Shown: positions 1-12,700 of the stretch, piece after piece
How the letters are laid out: each line of letters begins with the position of its first letter
Position numbering within the stretch: position 1 is the stretch's first letter
Assembly (NCBI RefSeq): GCF_009914755.1
Contig: NC_060936.1
Length of the DNA stretch: 64,000 bases
Origin: the human T2T-CHM13v2.0 reference genome, Homo sapiens
Strand: one strand, 5' to 3'
Program-made: the position numbers and the translations under genes
The notes under the pieces: model-generated
What the model was told of the DNA's origin: nothing
What the model saw: the letters and a program-made list of their open reading frames with translations, nothing else
Databases searched by the model: none

Positions 1-1068
1 ATTCTATCAACCTTTTTTTGTATTGTTATGGCATTAACACCAGAGTATGGCAAACAGCAATTTTAAACAATTCTGGAATTGTAAGAATACAAATTATTTC
101 TAACCAAAAGCATTAGATTAGAACTGCATGCAGTAAATGCAAATAGAATCACACAATTGATTTGATAATAAGTGAAATGTATCCCTGTTCACAGACCACT
201 CATTCTCTTTAACTTTTCCTATGTGTTAGAAAGTTAGATGGAAGCTGAGCGTTTAGCCAAAATTATTTTTCATACTTTAGCATAAGCATACTATTGGTGT
301 ACATTTGCTAATTTTCACTTCATTTTTCTAAATTTCTAAGGAGAACACATAGTAGTATGCAAGATTATTTGAAATTCTAATAGATTTGGAGCTCATACAT
401 TAGCCTAAAATTTTTATTTGTGCAAGCAGCAATTATCTTTGAACCACTATATTTATTAAAAATTTAATTCAAGAAAGAATACTGATATGACATACCATCA
501 GCACCAGTTAAGGAAAATTTCCTGAGCTCATCCCAGCACCTGAATCGTGCAAGAAGAGTTGTATGTGTGAATAAGAGAACCGTTTGATGGGGGTACCTAG
601 GAATAGGGAAAATTCTATGGTATTGATTCATCATTACTAAAGTGTATTCCTCAAAATATCAGTATCCTGTGTCCCATTATAAAAAATATTTTTAGAATAG
701 TTTCCATAATTTATTAATTTTTGGAAAACATTATATAGTATTTCCCTGACATTAAGTGTTCATTTGTATATGAAAAGCTCTGACAAATCCTAACACAGAA
801 ATCCTACATGTGTTTTGTTCTGTTTTGTTTTGATTTGATTTGCTTTATTTTCCCTTTCATTCTCCAACTTTATTTGATAATAAAACATTTCTTTAAGTAG
901 CAAATATTGACATCCTTTGGGAAAACTATGTACCAGAAAACACTTTGTGAAAGAGATAAATAGGTCTTTGAAAAAAAGACGAGAACCCACATGGAGATGA
1001 GGTATACAGGACTTATGGGATACTGGCCAGTCTCGCACAGGTGCCTTTTTAGGCAGATGCTGATTCTA

Positions 1069-1083
1069 GGTTCACTTAGGTCA
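1069..1083 (+). promoter_or_regulatory. Consensus DR3 nuclear-receptor element (VDR/RXR- or PXR/RXR-type)
   Basis: GGTTCA-ctt-AGGTCA matches RGKTCA-n3-RGKTCA at both half-sites. Motif only; function untested. Confidence 0.35.
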
Positions 1084-1155
1084 CTTTGCTCAGAGTGACC
1101 TATGCAAAAGAAAACCCTCAGAAAAGCACCGGGAGCATAACAGTGACTCTGACAC

Positions 1156-1199
1156 TTCTTAGAAGAATGTTCTACAACCAGCAGACACATTTCAAGGAA
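1156..1199. promoter_or_regulatory. Paired STAT GAS motifs
   Basis: TTCTTAGAA (1156-1164) and TTCAAGGAA (1191-1199), both TTC-N3-GAA. Confidence 0.3.
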
Positions 1200-2284
1200 T
1201 TCTCCATTGTTCTCTATGATACTCTCTGGGAATTTCTATCCGCTAAGAATGATAGGCTTCCTAAGTGTCATATCCTTTATCAAAACATAGCCAAGGACCA
1301 ATCGTACTATTTAACAGTGAACCAGAACAGTTTATAGAACACATTTCTTCCCTAACTAGTGGTCTTTGGCCTTTTGGTAATTAAGTTAAACAAACATTTG
1401 TGGAGTCTTTACCATATATACTTATCCCTGTGTTAAGGTTGGCTATAGAAAAATTATAAAGGAAAGGACTTAAAGGAATAACAATTAACCACAATAAATT
1501 AGGATAAATGCTCTACAATAGAATAATTAAAGTGTAATAGGAAGACCAGGGTGTTGGGAAGAATACATTCTGCTTGTGAAAGATGTAGAACATGGACAAA
1601 ATTTCATAGAGTAGGTTATATTTAAGCTGGGGATCAGAAATAATATACCCCATAAAAAAGGACCTGGAGAGCTGCTACCTAGTACTGTACAGAACCACAA
1701 TGGTAAGTTGGGCCACCAATTTTCAGGAACAACTCTATCAGGATTGGGGACAATTTTATCAGGATTGGCACTGTGTTACCTATACCAAGCAATGGTCTTG
1801 AGTATTAAGGGCTCCTGATACGGTCATTCAATAAACATTTGAAAATTTCCTATATGCAAGGCATATATATGCAAATGAATCCAAATACTTACACATTACA
1901 AGTAAAGCTCCCTGGTTAATCCCTCTAGTTTGCTCACTATTGGAAACATTTTCTCAATGTGTTCTGTGGGTTTTGTACATTTTCTGTTATTTCTAGATCC
2001 CTTTATTTGGAGATAGGTATGGGATAGGTAAATGAAGAATACATATATGCTATTGCCTCTTTTTTCTTAAAAAATTTGCACATGGGTACTGAAGTGGCAT
2101 TTTTAATAATACATTTCATTCTCCACTTCTTTCATAAGTAAAACCTTGATACGTGGTCATAGGAAAATGCAACTCTGCAAGTGAGCTGTACATATTTAAG
2201 TAGGGTGGTATTAAAAGTTGAGCATTTATCTTTAAATTTAGTAATACATAAGTGTGTGTGAATAAATCTAGAAAAAAATTAAAA

Positions 2285-2285
<1 letters not shown>

Positions 2286-2315
<30 letters not shown>

Positions 2316-2330
2316 TACATAACCACACAC
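2286..2330. repeat. (CA)n microsatellite
   Basis: Direct reading. Confidence 0.95.
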
Positions 2331-3894
2331 AACCATTCTTAGGATGAATACTTTATTTCCCCTCAGAGCACAATTCAAAACAAATCTATTTGGGTTAAGG
2401 GGCTCATCTTTGTAAAATTTCAACTTCTAAACAATGTCTCACTTATCCCTTGATCCTTAAAATAATAAACCAGCCCTGCTGCACAATTAAAACACGGTAT
2501 CTGTGTTGTTGGATTCTTTACTCTCAAAGGTGTGGCACAGGTGCATGCTATCAGGGAACAGAAGCATTCTGCACAGATGTTAACAAGTGTAGAAGTCATA
2601 CATCATCCCACACCAAGTTCTTAGCAGTAAATGTGTGTCCGCCTTCTAGTCTGGCTGGTCTGCCTTGTTCCACATACGTATACTCACTATGATACTCTCT
2701 GTGAAACTCTGGGAATTTCTACACACACCTCTATCCAACCAAAAATCAAAAATGATTTCTGAACTTTTCTGACCTTTTTATATTTTTTAAAGAAAAAAAC
2801 ACTGTTTCTTAATCATCATCTACTAATTAATAAAGGGACTGAATGTACCAGCGGCATTCAAGAACAACGACCCTACTAACAGGAGAGTACATGCTACAAC
2901 TTGATTCATTTTGCTTATACTTTAAATTTTCAAAAGGCAGAGGAAACAATGAAGGTTACTGTATTCAAGTGGGAAAAGTAAAGTGAAATGATAATTCATT
3001 AACAGATGGAGTCATTTAAATTACAGGAAAATCTTAAAAACTTTGCATGACACTGCATACTGACTGGAATGTAGGTCTCAATACTCTGTGTATTTCACAT
3101 TTGTTCAAAAGTTATTGTTCATTACTGGAATGTAAAGATAGTTGCATCTGAGGAATTGAAGACAGCTTTTCTGGAACTAAAATCTTTATCTTTTAAAAAA
3201 GTCTGCTTCCTTATCTTTGTGTTCTTTACATAATATGCTTTTGTGAATTAATTTATAATACAAAGTGGTGACCATCTTCTCCAGCTCCTTTTCATCAGAT
3301 TCTTTCAGACAGGATTCTTATAAGATGCAAGAACTCATCCTGAACACCTGAGACATAGCTCCAGAGCAGCTGTTGTTTGTTAAATCTCCTCTTGTTTTCT
3401 GATTATTACATTTTGAAATTAAAAGTAGCCTATCATATTTTCTGATCATAATTCTGGTAAGCCTTCACAAGTACACACACAATTATAGTCTTTCATTTTC
3501 ATGAGGCTACTAATTTATCTATTCTCGTACTAACTGGTCATAACCAGGGTCATTGAGGAGTGGTTCATAACACTTACCTGTATAGTATTGGGTCCTTAGG
3601 GGAAAATGGCTACATCATTGTGAAATTCATAATAGCAAAGAAGATAGAAACATGTCTTAGACTTTACAAAATAGGTTGACAAAAATTGTCATAATCCTTC
3701 CTCCTGAAAAACCTTGAAAGGAAAAAAGTTTAAGAAGTATCAGTTGATCAAAAAATAAAACTTTGATTCTACAATTTAAAATATTCTCATTAAGGAAGAA
3801 TTGGAGTTTTATCCAAACAAACTAAAATGAAATTTTAATTAAGATTTTCAGATTTGTGCATGCTATTTACAAACAAGTTAGTATATGTAGAATA

Positions 3895-4110
3895 TAGTTA
3901 AGTCCTGTGGTGGTTTAATCTTTTGAGTTTGGGGTTGAAATTCTCTCTTCTCCCCAAGTCTTTTGACTTTGAGTAAGTAACTTAAGCACTTGAATCATCT
4001 ATGTCTTCATCTATAAGTGGGAATAACAAAATTACCTATCTCAAGTTTTTGATGATTAGATTGAATAGCATTATAAAGCAATTAGCTCAATGCCTGCTTT
4101 GCAATACATA
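3895..4110 (+). mobile_element. MIR SINE remnant
   Basis: Core-like gagtaagtaacttaag...tcttcatctataagtgggaataacaaaattacctatctc. Confidence 0.7.
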
Positions 4111-4254
4111 TTTTATACTGATAGTCATAAAGAAGTAGAAGGGGCATTTAAAGAAGAATAAATATAAATATACACATAAATAAGGTAAGAAACATTGAGG
4201 CATCAAAGATGGTGAGACTTTGAAAATATTCTACAGAAAATACAAGGCCTATAA

Positions 4255-4460
4255 CTTCATTCATGTTTCAGGGTCACCTTCCCGGTGAAGCCTTTTCTGA
4301 CCACTGATTTAAGATTGCAAGTATCCCTCTTTCACCTTAAACTCCTATTCTACTTCCGTTCTTAGGCTTATTCATCAAGCACCTAGACCTGTTCCTGCCT
4401 TACAAAAGGTGCTAATATTTGTTGACTAACTAAATGAATAAATAAATCAAATGAATGATT
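4255..4460 (+). mobile_element. L2 3' end remnant
   Basis: gtcaccttcccggtgaagccttttctgacc...gtgctaatatttgttgactaactaaatgaat. Confidence 0.65.
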
Positions 4461-4639
4461 AAGTGGAACAAAGATGGAATAAACTCGTTGCCTAGGGGAG
4501 GTGCTGTAAAGTTAACTGATAAGAGAAAGCATATTTACATTTATCTTTTTTCCGTAACAAAGAATGTTTTCAAAATAAAAAGGAAAAGGCAAATATTGAA
4601 AAGGAGAATAATCTTTGCATAAATGAGGATAGACCAATC

Positions 4640-5010
4640 TGTGCTGGAGTAAAAATAAAGGCTTCCATTAAAGTGGGCCTGAGACTCCTTGGCAGTAGAC
4701 ACAGCTTTACCAGCTCTATGTTGTATTGCTGGTGTGTTAACCACAAGGTGGCCAAGTTCACTATGAAAGGGAAGAGTGGAGAATTGCACAAAGATTGTAT
4801 GCCCAGAATTATATATTATATTTCTCTCTTTCTCTCTCTCTCTCAACCTCCCCTCCCCCACCCCACCCCCCCGACACACATAATGTCTCACCAATTACTG
4901 GCATTTAAAACACAGTCACATGGTTCACATGATGCAATCACATAACTGCAAGAGAGGCTGGGAAATGGTCCTCTATTGTGCCCAGGAATAGGAAATGGTT
5001 TGATAAATGT
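4640..5010. mobile_element. Old MLT1-type MaLR LTR remnant
   Basis: gtcacatgg...aactgcaagagaggctgggaaatgg...tgtgcccagga resembles old MLT1 LTRs. Confidence 0.55.
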
Positions 5011-5525
5011 TCCAGATGCTTTCTGACACAATGCTCAAAATACAGTCATTTTAAGTGAATATGAGTTCCAATCCCAAATTAATTGTCATTTTGGAAGGAA
5101 TTTGCATGTTTAATTGTAGAAACACTGACAGTAATCAGTTAAATTTTGATAAATAAAATTAATATCAAAAAATTAAGGTGGGAAATGTTTCCTCAAATTT
5201 TGTTTTTACCAGGGTGAAAAATACAAGTTCTAAAAGACTTCAAACTGAAAAACATGTAAGTTATCTGTACAACTCTAGAAAAGATGAAGAATCAGATGGT
5301 TAATGAACCTCCCAAAAGGAAGTGAAGAGAGCTGGGAACTAATGTGGGTTCACTAAGGAATCACCATAGTTGGCATAATTATTAAATTAGTTCATGACCT
5401 AAGAAGCCCGAGACAGACAACGATGGAGTGAATAAAACGGTGAAGCTTTATATTCTCAGAATTTGCTGAAACAGGGAGACAAAACTATTATCCAATGTGA
5501 AAAGAAAACAGGCAAACAGGCATTA

Positions 5526-5900
<375 letters not shown>

Positions 5901-5933
5901 TCAATGTAAATCAACAATGTGAAAAATATGATA

Positions 5934-6299
<366 letters not shown>

Positions 6300-7059
6300 T
6301 TATTAGCTCTAGTAAAACATTACAAGCCCTGTCATGTCAAAATGTTATTCCATTTAATTTTTCCAACTAGCTGAATGTACTATTTTTCTGTTAAAACCTT
6401 TCCTCTGTAATCACTAGCCTGGTTAATGATCTCACTATCTCTCTATCCTACAGCTGGAAACATGGGAGTTGTTCTCCATTCATTCCCATTTCACCTTTAT
6501 ATTTTATGGGGCACCATGTACTTTGATTATATTTCCTGTCTCGTGCCCTCCGTGCTTTATTTTCTTCTGTAGTATCACAGTAGTCTCTTAAGTAGGCTTA
6601 TTATTTCCAGTGCCAACTCTCTGCAATTTAATCTCCACACTGCTGGTAGTAATATTTCTAAAACATGATCTGGCTAGGTTATTCCCTTGCTTTAAGTCCT
6701 TTACTTTCTCTCCATTCTCTGTAGTATCCATTCTAAATTCCTCAAAAAGACATTTAAATGATGGCATAGTACAGTATTATTCAAGCAGTAGACTATCAGT
6801 ATCTACTACTGGTAAATTATCAATTAGTGGCTGCAAACTAGATTTACTCTTTTGGGACTAACATTTAAAAAAATAGAATATACTGGAATAGAGTTATCCA
6901 AATACATTACCCATGATAAGGGTAACTCTAATTTTGTGGAATTTGAGATACAAACACACACATGCACACTCACCCATACATATATAATGCATATACTAAT
7001 TCATGACATAAAATACATTTCTTACTGTGGATTGAGATATTTTAAAAAATTGTTTTGAG

Positions 7060-7280
7060 AGATGCTTGCAGAGTGGTTAAGAGCAAGATGACTGGGGCTC
7101 AAAATTTAATTCTGCAATTCGCTAGTTTTGTAACTTTTGGTAAATTATTTAACATCTCTCTGATTCAGTTTCCTAATTTTTAATGAGACTAAGAATAATA
7201 TGTATATTGTTATTTTGAATATATAAGCATGCATAAGAATGCATGACTTGAAGTGTGTATTCAATAAATGTTAACTATAC
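7060..7280 (+). mobile_element. MIR remnant
   Basis: gagtggttaagagc...aaattatttaacatctctctgattcagtttcct. Confidence 0.7.
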
Positions 7281-7321
7281 TTTGGGAGGTTTTTTCCTTT
7301 TGTTACTTTTTTAATCAACCC

Positions 7322-7660
7322 TGATGTGGTTTGGCTCTGGGTCCCCACCCAAATCTCACCTTGAATTGTAATAATCCCCACTTGTCCTGGGAGGGACCCA
7401 GTGGGAGGTAATTGAATCATGGCAGTGGGGATGTCCTGTGCTCTTCTCATGATAGTGAATAAATCTTATGAGATCTGATGGTTTTATAAGGGATTTCCCC
7501 TGCACATGTCATCTTGCCTGCTTGACTTTGCTCTTCATTCACCTTCCGCCATGATTGTGAGGCCTCCCCAGCCATGTGGACTTGTGAGTCCATTAAACCT
7601 CTTTGCTTTATCAATTACCAGTCTCAGGTATGTCTTTATTAGCAGCATGAGAAGAGACTC
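7322..7660 (+). mobile_element. THE1-family MaLR solo LTR
   Basis: tgatgtggtttggctctgggtccccacccaaatctc...gtatgtctttattagcagcatgaga. Confidence 0.9.
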
Positions 7661-7794
7661 CTACTTGCTCTGTAGCTTTACCTGTTACACTTCTGTATAT
7701 CACATGCTTCACTACAGCTTATTTGAACTTAGAAAAGACATAGTAAACATTCTTTCAGTGCACCACCAAGTGCACTCATATATGAAGCACCTCA

Positions 7795-7910
7795 TATATG
7801 AAGAAACTTGGGCAGAGACAAATCATATACTTTGCCCAAGTTCACAGAACCAGTTACTCTTATGTGCTGAAGGCCAGTCCTACTCTTAACTACCAGGCTA
7901 TACTGCCTCT
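7795..7910 (-). mobile_element. MIR remnant
   Basis: atgaagaaactt...ttgcccaagttcacag...ctcttaactacc. Confidence 0.55.
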
Positions 7911-8541
7911 AGTACCTTTGCTTATAATCATCACTACAACCGTCCGCACTACCACTCTTCTCACTCGTCTTTGTTGTGCATATACTTATTGAAACTTTCA
8001 GCTATTTCATTATATATCTGTCTTTCACAGTGGATTTTATTCCCTGTGCTTGAAATGACCTTTTCTCAAAAGTTTTTTTTGGAAAAGTTCTACACATCAT
8101 TCTAGATTCTGCTCGCAAATTTCCTCTCTAAATGCAACTACTGGCAGACACAATTAGTTGCTTTTTTTTGTATTCCAAAAGTACTTTGTGATTTCTTTCT
8201 AGGTATTTTTCAATTTGTGTTATAGAAAACAAAAGTCTTATGAGATGTTTTGAAAAACAGGTCATTGTTACCAAATTTTGGGAAATGCTGCATAAGGTTA
8301 CTTCTTTTACTTTGAAAAAAATCACAAAATATATTAATATCTTAAGAGCTCAGAGAAGACCTGACAGAAAAATGGTAATTTTTCTTTTCTTTAAACCATT
8401 GTCCTCAGATTTTAATAATACATTTTGAGCCATACTTTGGTGTAATACTTATTAGAGAAACTCCTTTAAAAATACTTCACCGTTAGCATTTATTTGCCTA
8501 AGTTGAAATTCTTCTTCCATGCATGTTACTTCCACTAGAGT

Positions 8542-9500
8542 GTTGTAGTGGATATTTATTGTTTTGGTTACCCAGTATTAGTATGTTCTTCTTGTTTTGG
8601 AATAACTCTTAGGTAGTTGAAAAATAGGAATTTGCTTACCACCATGAAAGCAGAAGTAGCTATTCTACCTTTTGACATCTGATGCCTAACTGCCTATTTT
8701 TATCTAGGAATTTGACACTTGGCAGAAAATGCAAGGATATTTATTCCTACTTATAGCAAGAGAAGTGGCTGTCAGTTTCCAGTTCTATTGGGATCATTGT
8801 TTTCCTGTGTCATTCAGCTTTTATTGCACAACACCCAATCGCAAAAATCTCAGTGGCATACAACAAAAGTATTTACTTCTCACTCATGTGTTGCTTATTA
8901 ACTGGAGTTCGGCTGATTTAGACTAGCCATTGCTAGGCTTGGCTCCAGGCCATACTTAGAGTTTAGATCTTGTCCATATGGCTCACATTTTTCTGGGGAT
9001 CCAACAGCATACCTGGGGCATGCACATTCCAGACACATTTAAGTCTTTGCTGTTTCATGGCCACTGAGATCCCATGGTTCACAGCAAGTCATATGGCCAA
9101 ACACAAAGTTAAAACACTAGGAAATATCTTTTTTTTCTACTATGAGACCATGATAAGGCTGTGAATGTATACATTATCTATTACAAGAGAACAGAGAATT
9201 GAGAGTATAATCTGCCATATGTTCTAAGCACACATTTTTGTTGCTGAATCTTGGTTGAGCTTCAAATCCCTTTTTTTTGCTGCTGGAGAGTATTTCTCAA
9301 GTCTTCCTGTTGATTTGAAGAGCTGCTTGATACCCTCTAGCAAACAGTTACCTTTCAGGTCATATGAAATCATATGAGCACCTGGGAGAGGGTTTTGGGG
9401 CACAAAGATGAGGTCCTCAAATGACATCAGGAGGCAGTAGCCTAACTTATACCTGAGTATAACCAAATTCTGATTAATAAATCTCTGTGATACTCTCATC
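8542..9500. mobile_element. Ancient ERVL-class LTR remnants (LTR33-like piece ~8805-9220, possibly nested in another old LTR)
   Basis: aaatctcagtggcatacaacaaaagtatttacttctcactca...agcaagtcatatggccaa; heavily diverged. Confidence 0.4.
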
Positions 9501-9697
9501 AAATATTTTATTGTGGGAAACTGATCATTGTGCAGGATAGGATATTTTTAGGAATGTAGTTTTAAAATAACGAATATAATCTTTGTTAGGACACGAGAAT
9601 TTTTTTCATTTTGAATCACTACCTAGTAATATATTTTAACCAAGTTTTCACCATAATATTCACTTTTACAAATATAAAAGCTATAATCAAAGGTATA

Positions 9698-10162
9698 TGT
9701 ATTAGTCCATTCTCATGCTTCCATGAAGAAAATACCAGACTGGGTAATTTATAAAGGAAAGAGTTATAATTAAATCAAAGTTCCATAGGGCTGGGGAGGC
9801 CTCAGAAAACTTAACAATCATAGCAGAAGGGAAAGCAAACATGTCCTTCACATAGTGACAGGAAGGAGAAGAATGAGAGAAGGGCAAAGCAAAATGGGGA
9901 AAAGCCCCTCACAAAACCATCAGATCTCATGAAAACTCACTCCCTATCATGAGAACAGCACAGGGGAATGGCCCCCATGATTCAATCACCTCCCATGAGG
10001 TCCCTCCCCCAATACATGGATGTTACAATTCAGATTACAATTCAAGATAAGATTTGGTGAGGATACAGCCAAATCATATTATTCTGCCCCAACATGTGGG
10101 GATTACAACTGAGATAACAATTCAAGATGAGATTTGGGTGGGGACACAGCCAAACCATATCA
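9698..10162 (-). mobile_element. THE1-family element: full LTR, PPT remnant and ~75 bp of a second LTR
   Basis: tgtattagtccattctc...cagccaaatcatatta (ends 10081), ttctgcccc, then ...gggacacagccaaaccatatca; near-TSD gtata/ttata. Confidence 0.9.
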
Positions 10163-10618
10163 TTATACCTGATTTTTAGTTGCTATTATTTTCCTATTAG
10201 AAACCAAATTTGGGGAGGCATCTCCAAATACTAACATTGGTAAGTAAGATATAATTGAGTAGCAAACAGCGGTGGTTTTTTATTTCTACACAAAGGTAAT
10301 ACTCCTCTTCATTGCTAAGTATGTAACTGATATTTTACAAGTTTAACATTTAAAAGAATACTTCTCCACCTGAGAGTTGACAATATGTATTAGAAACAGT
10401 AGAATGCTAGTTAACAATGAAATATGGAAACGAAGGCCTGGAAGGAAGGTTTCTAATATTATGTGGGGAAAACAAACAAACCTGATGATCAATCAGTGTG
10501 AATTATTATCAGTGTTCTTCATTATGGTTAGAAAGTTGAGCATTACAGTTAATTCACCTGCACATCTGTGACTGCTAGAGGGAATTGAAAGCACCACTGT
10601 CTATCCAAAAAGAAAATA

Positions 10619-10937
10619 GCCTTTAGAAATACTTTGTAATGCCAGATAATAAGGTGATATGATTACAAGCTAATAGACTCCATTACAGTACACAACACCA
10701 CTTTGGGTTCAGCCTGATATTCCTCTTCTCACACTCCAGATGCTACTCTACTACCGAATTATCTCTCTCTTTGTATTGTTAGTGTGCAGATTGACTGTAT
10801 TGTGTGTGTTTAATTTTGTTCTAAAAATTTTTTGTGAATTATGGTTTAAGTTATTACTGGGTATCTGAAAAGTAAGTATAAAATCAATGCTTTGTAAGCT
10901 CTGGGAAAAATATTGACTAACTTCTAAGGAGATTCAT
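10619..10937 (+). repeat. Direct duplication, copy 1 (~318 bp)
   Basis: Aligns colinearly to 12700-13016; about 91-92% identity by hand count. Confidence 0.97.
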
Positions 10938-11982
10938 TGTTGTGGGAAGTCAGGGACCCCGAACGGAGGGACCGGCTGAAGCCATGGCAGAAGAACGTGG
11001 ATTGTGAAGATTTCATGGACATTTATTAGTTCCCCAAATTAATACTTTTATAATTTGTTACACCTGTCTTTACTGCAATCTTTTAACATAAATTGTGAAG
11101 ATTTCATGGACACTTATCACTTCCCCAATCAATACCCTTGTGAGTTCCTATGCCTGTCTTTACTTTAGTCTCTTAATCCCATCATCTTCGTAAGCTGAGG
11201 AGGATGTATGTCGCCTCAGGACCCTGTGATGATTGCGTTAACTGCACAAATTGTTTGTAGAGCATGTGTGTTTGAACAATATGAAATCTGGGCACCTTGA
11301 AAAAAGAATAGGATAACAGCAATGTTCAGGGAACAAGAGAGATAACCTTAAACTCTGACCACCAGTGAGCCAGGCGGAACAGAGCCATATTTCTCTTCTT
11401 TCAAAGGCAAATAGGAGAAATATTGCTGAATTCTTTTTCTCAGCAAGGAACATCCCTGAGAAACAGAATGCGTCCCTTAGGGTAGGCCTCTAAAATGGCC
11501 ACTTTGGTGGGCAGCCATCATTTATGGTCGAGCTGTAGGGATGAAATAAGCCCCAGGCTCCCATAGTGCTCCCAGGCTTATTAGGACGAGGAAATTCCCA
11601 CCTAATAAATTTTGGTCAGACCAGTTGTCTGCTCTCAAACCCTGTCTCCTGATAAGATGTTATCAATGACAATGTGTGCCCAAAACTTCATTAGCAATTT
11701 TAATTTCACCCCAGTCCTGTGGTCCTGTGATCTCACCCTGCCTCCATTTGCCTTGTGATATTCTATTACCTTGTGAAGCACATGATCTCTGTGACCCACA
11801 CCCTATTCATATACTCCCTCCCCTTTTGAAAATCACTAATAAAAACTTTCTGGTTTTATGGCTCAGGGGGCATCACGGAAACTGCTGACATGTGAGGTCT
11901 CCCCCGGACACCCAGCTTTAAAATTTCTCTCTTTTGTACTCTGTCCGTTTATTTCTCAGGCCAGCTGACATTTAGGGAAAAT

Positions 11983-12016
<34 letters not shown>

Positions 12017-12700
12017 ATTATACTTTAAGTTTTAGGGTACATGTGCACATTGTGCAGGTTAGTTACATATGTATACATGTGCCATGCTGGTGCGCTGCAC
12101 CCACTAACTCATCATCTAGCATTAGGTATATCTCCCAATGCTATCCCTCCCCCCTCCCCCCACCCCACCACAGTCCCCAGAGTGTGATATTCCCCTTCCT
12201 GTGTCCATGTGATCTCATTGTTCAATTCCCACCTCTGAGTGAGAATATGCGGTGTTTGGTTTTTTGTTCTTGCGATAGTTTACTGAGAATGATGATTTCC
12301 AATTTCATCCATGTCCCTACAAAGGACATGAACTCATCATTTTTTATGGCTGCATAGTATTCCATGGTGTATATGTGCCACATTTTCTTAATCCAGTCTA
12401 TCATTATTGGACATTTGGGTTGGTTCCAAGTCTTTGCTATTGTGAATAATGCCGCAATAAACATACATGTGCATGTGTCTTTATAGCAGCACGATTTATA
12501 GTCATTCGGGTATATACCCAGTAATGGGATGGCTGGGTCAAATGGTATTTCTAGTTCTAGATCCCTGAGGAATCGCCACACTGACTTCCACAATGGTTGA
12601 ACTAGTTTACAGTCCCACCAACAGTGTAAAAATGTTCCTATTTCTCCACATCCTCTCCAGCACCTGTTGTTAAAAGAACCTACATGAAATATTGGGGGTG
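10938..12700 (+). mobile_element. MER11 LTR (HERV-K11/HML-8 solo LTR), interrupted by L1, U5 end truncated
   Basis: Starts tgttgtgggaagtcagggaccccgaacggagggaccggctg; internal attgtgaagatttcatggac repeats; resumes aaaagaacctacatgaaatattgggggtg after the L1. Confidence 0.92.
11984..12671 (-). mobile_element. 5'-truncated young L1 (L1PA2-like): ORF2 C-terminus, 3'UTR and TAAA tail
   Basis: ORF 12222-12593 reads ...WRFLRDLELEIPFDPAIPLLGIYP...RIFSLRGGN. The 3'UTR carries GAG (not Ta ACA) and ends cttaaagtataat. Confidence 0.95.

Noticed and set aside
1729-1768. Short imperfect tandem repeats (tatcaggattgg twice; similar cases near 17830 and 56045)
   Set aside because: Ordinary slippage duplications with no further structure.
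3571-3606. Minus-strand CAG|GTAAGT donor with a possible 17 nt microexon; other isolated donors near 1703, 26206, 37025 and 42947
   Set aside because: Weak AAG acceptor, no coherent exon chain, and such motifs are expected by chance in 64 kb.
10995-11170. Tandem ~90 bp repeats (attgtgaagatttcatggac...)
   Set aside because: Intrinsic to the MER11 LTR; not CRISPR-like or novel.
12222-12593. 123 aa ORF with real protein similarity
   Set aside because: It is the C-terminus of L1 ORF2 in a 5'-truncated, promoterless copy, not a functional CDS.
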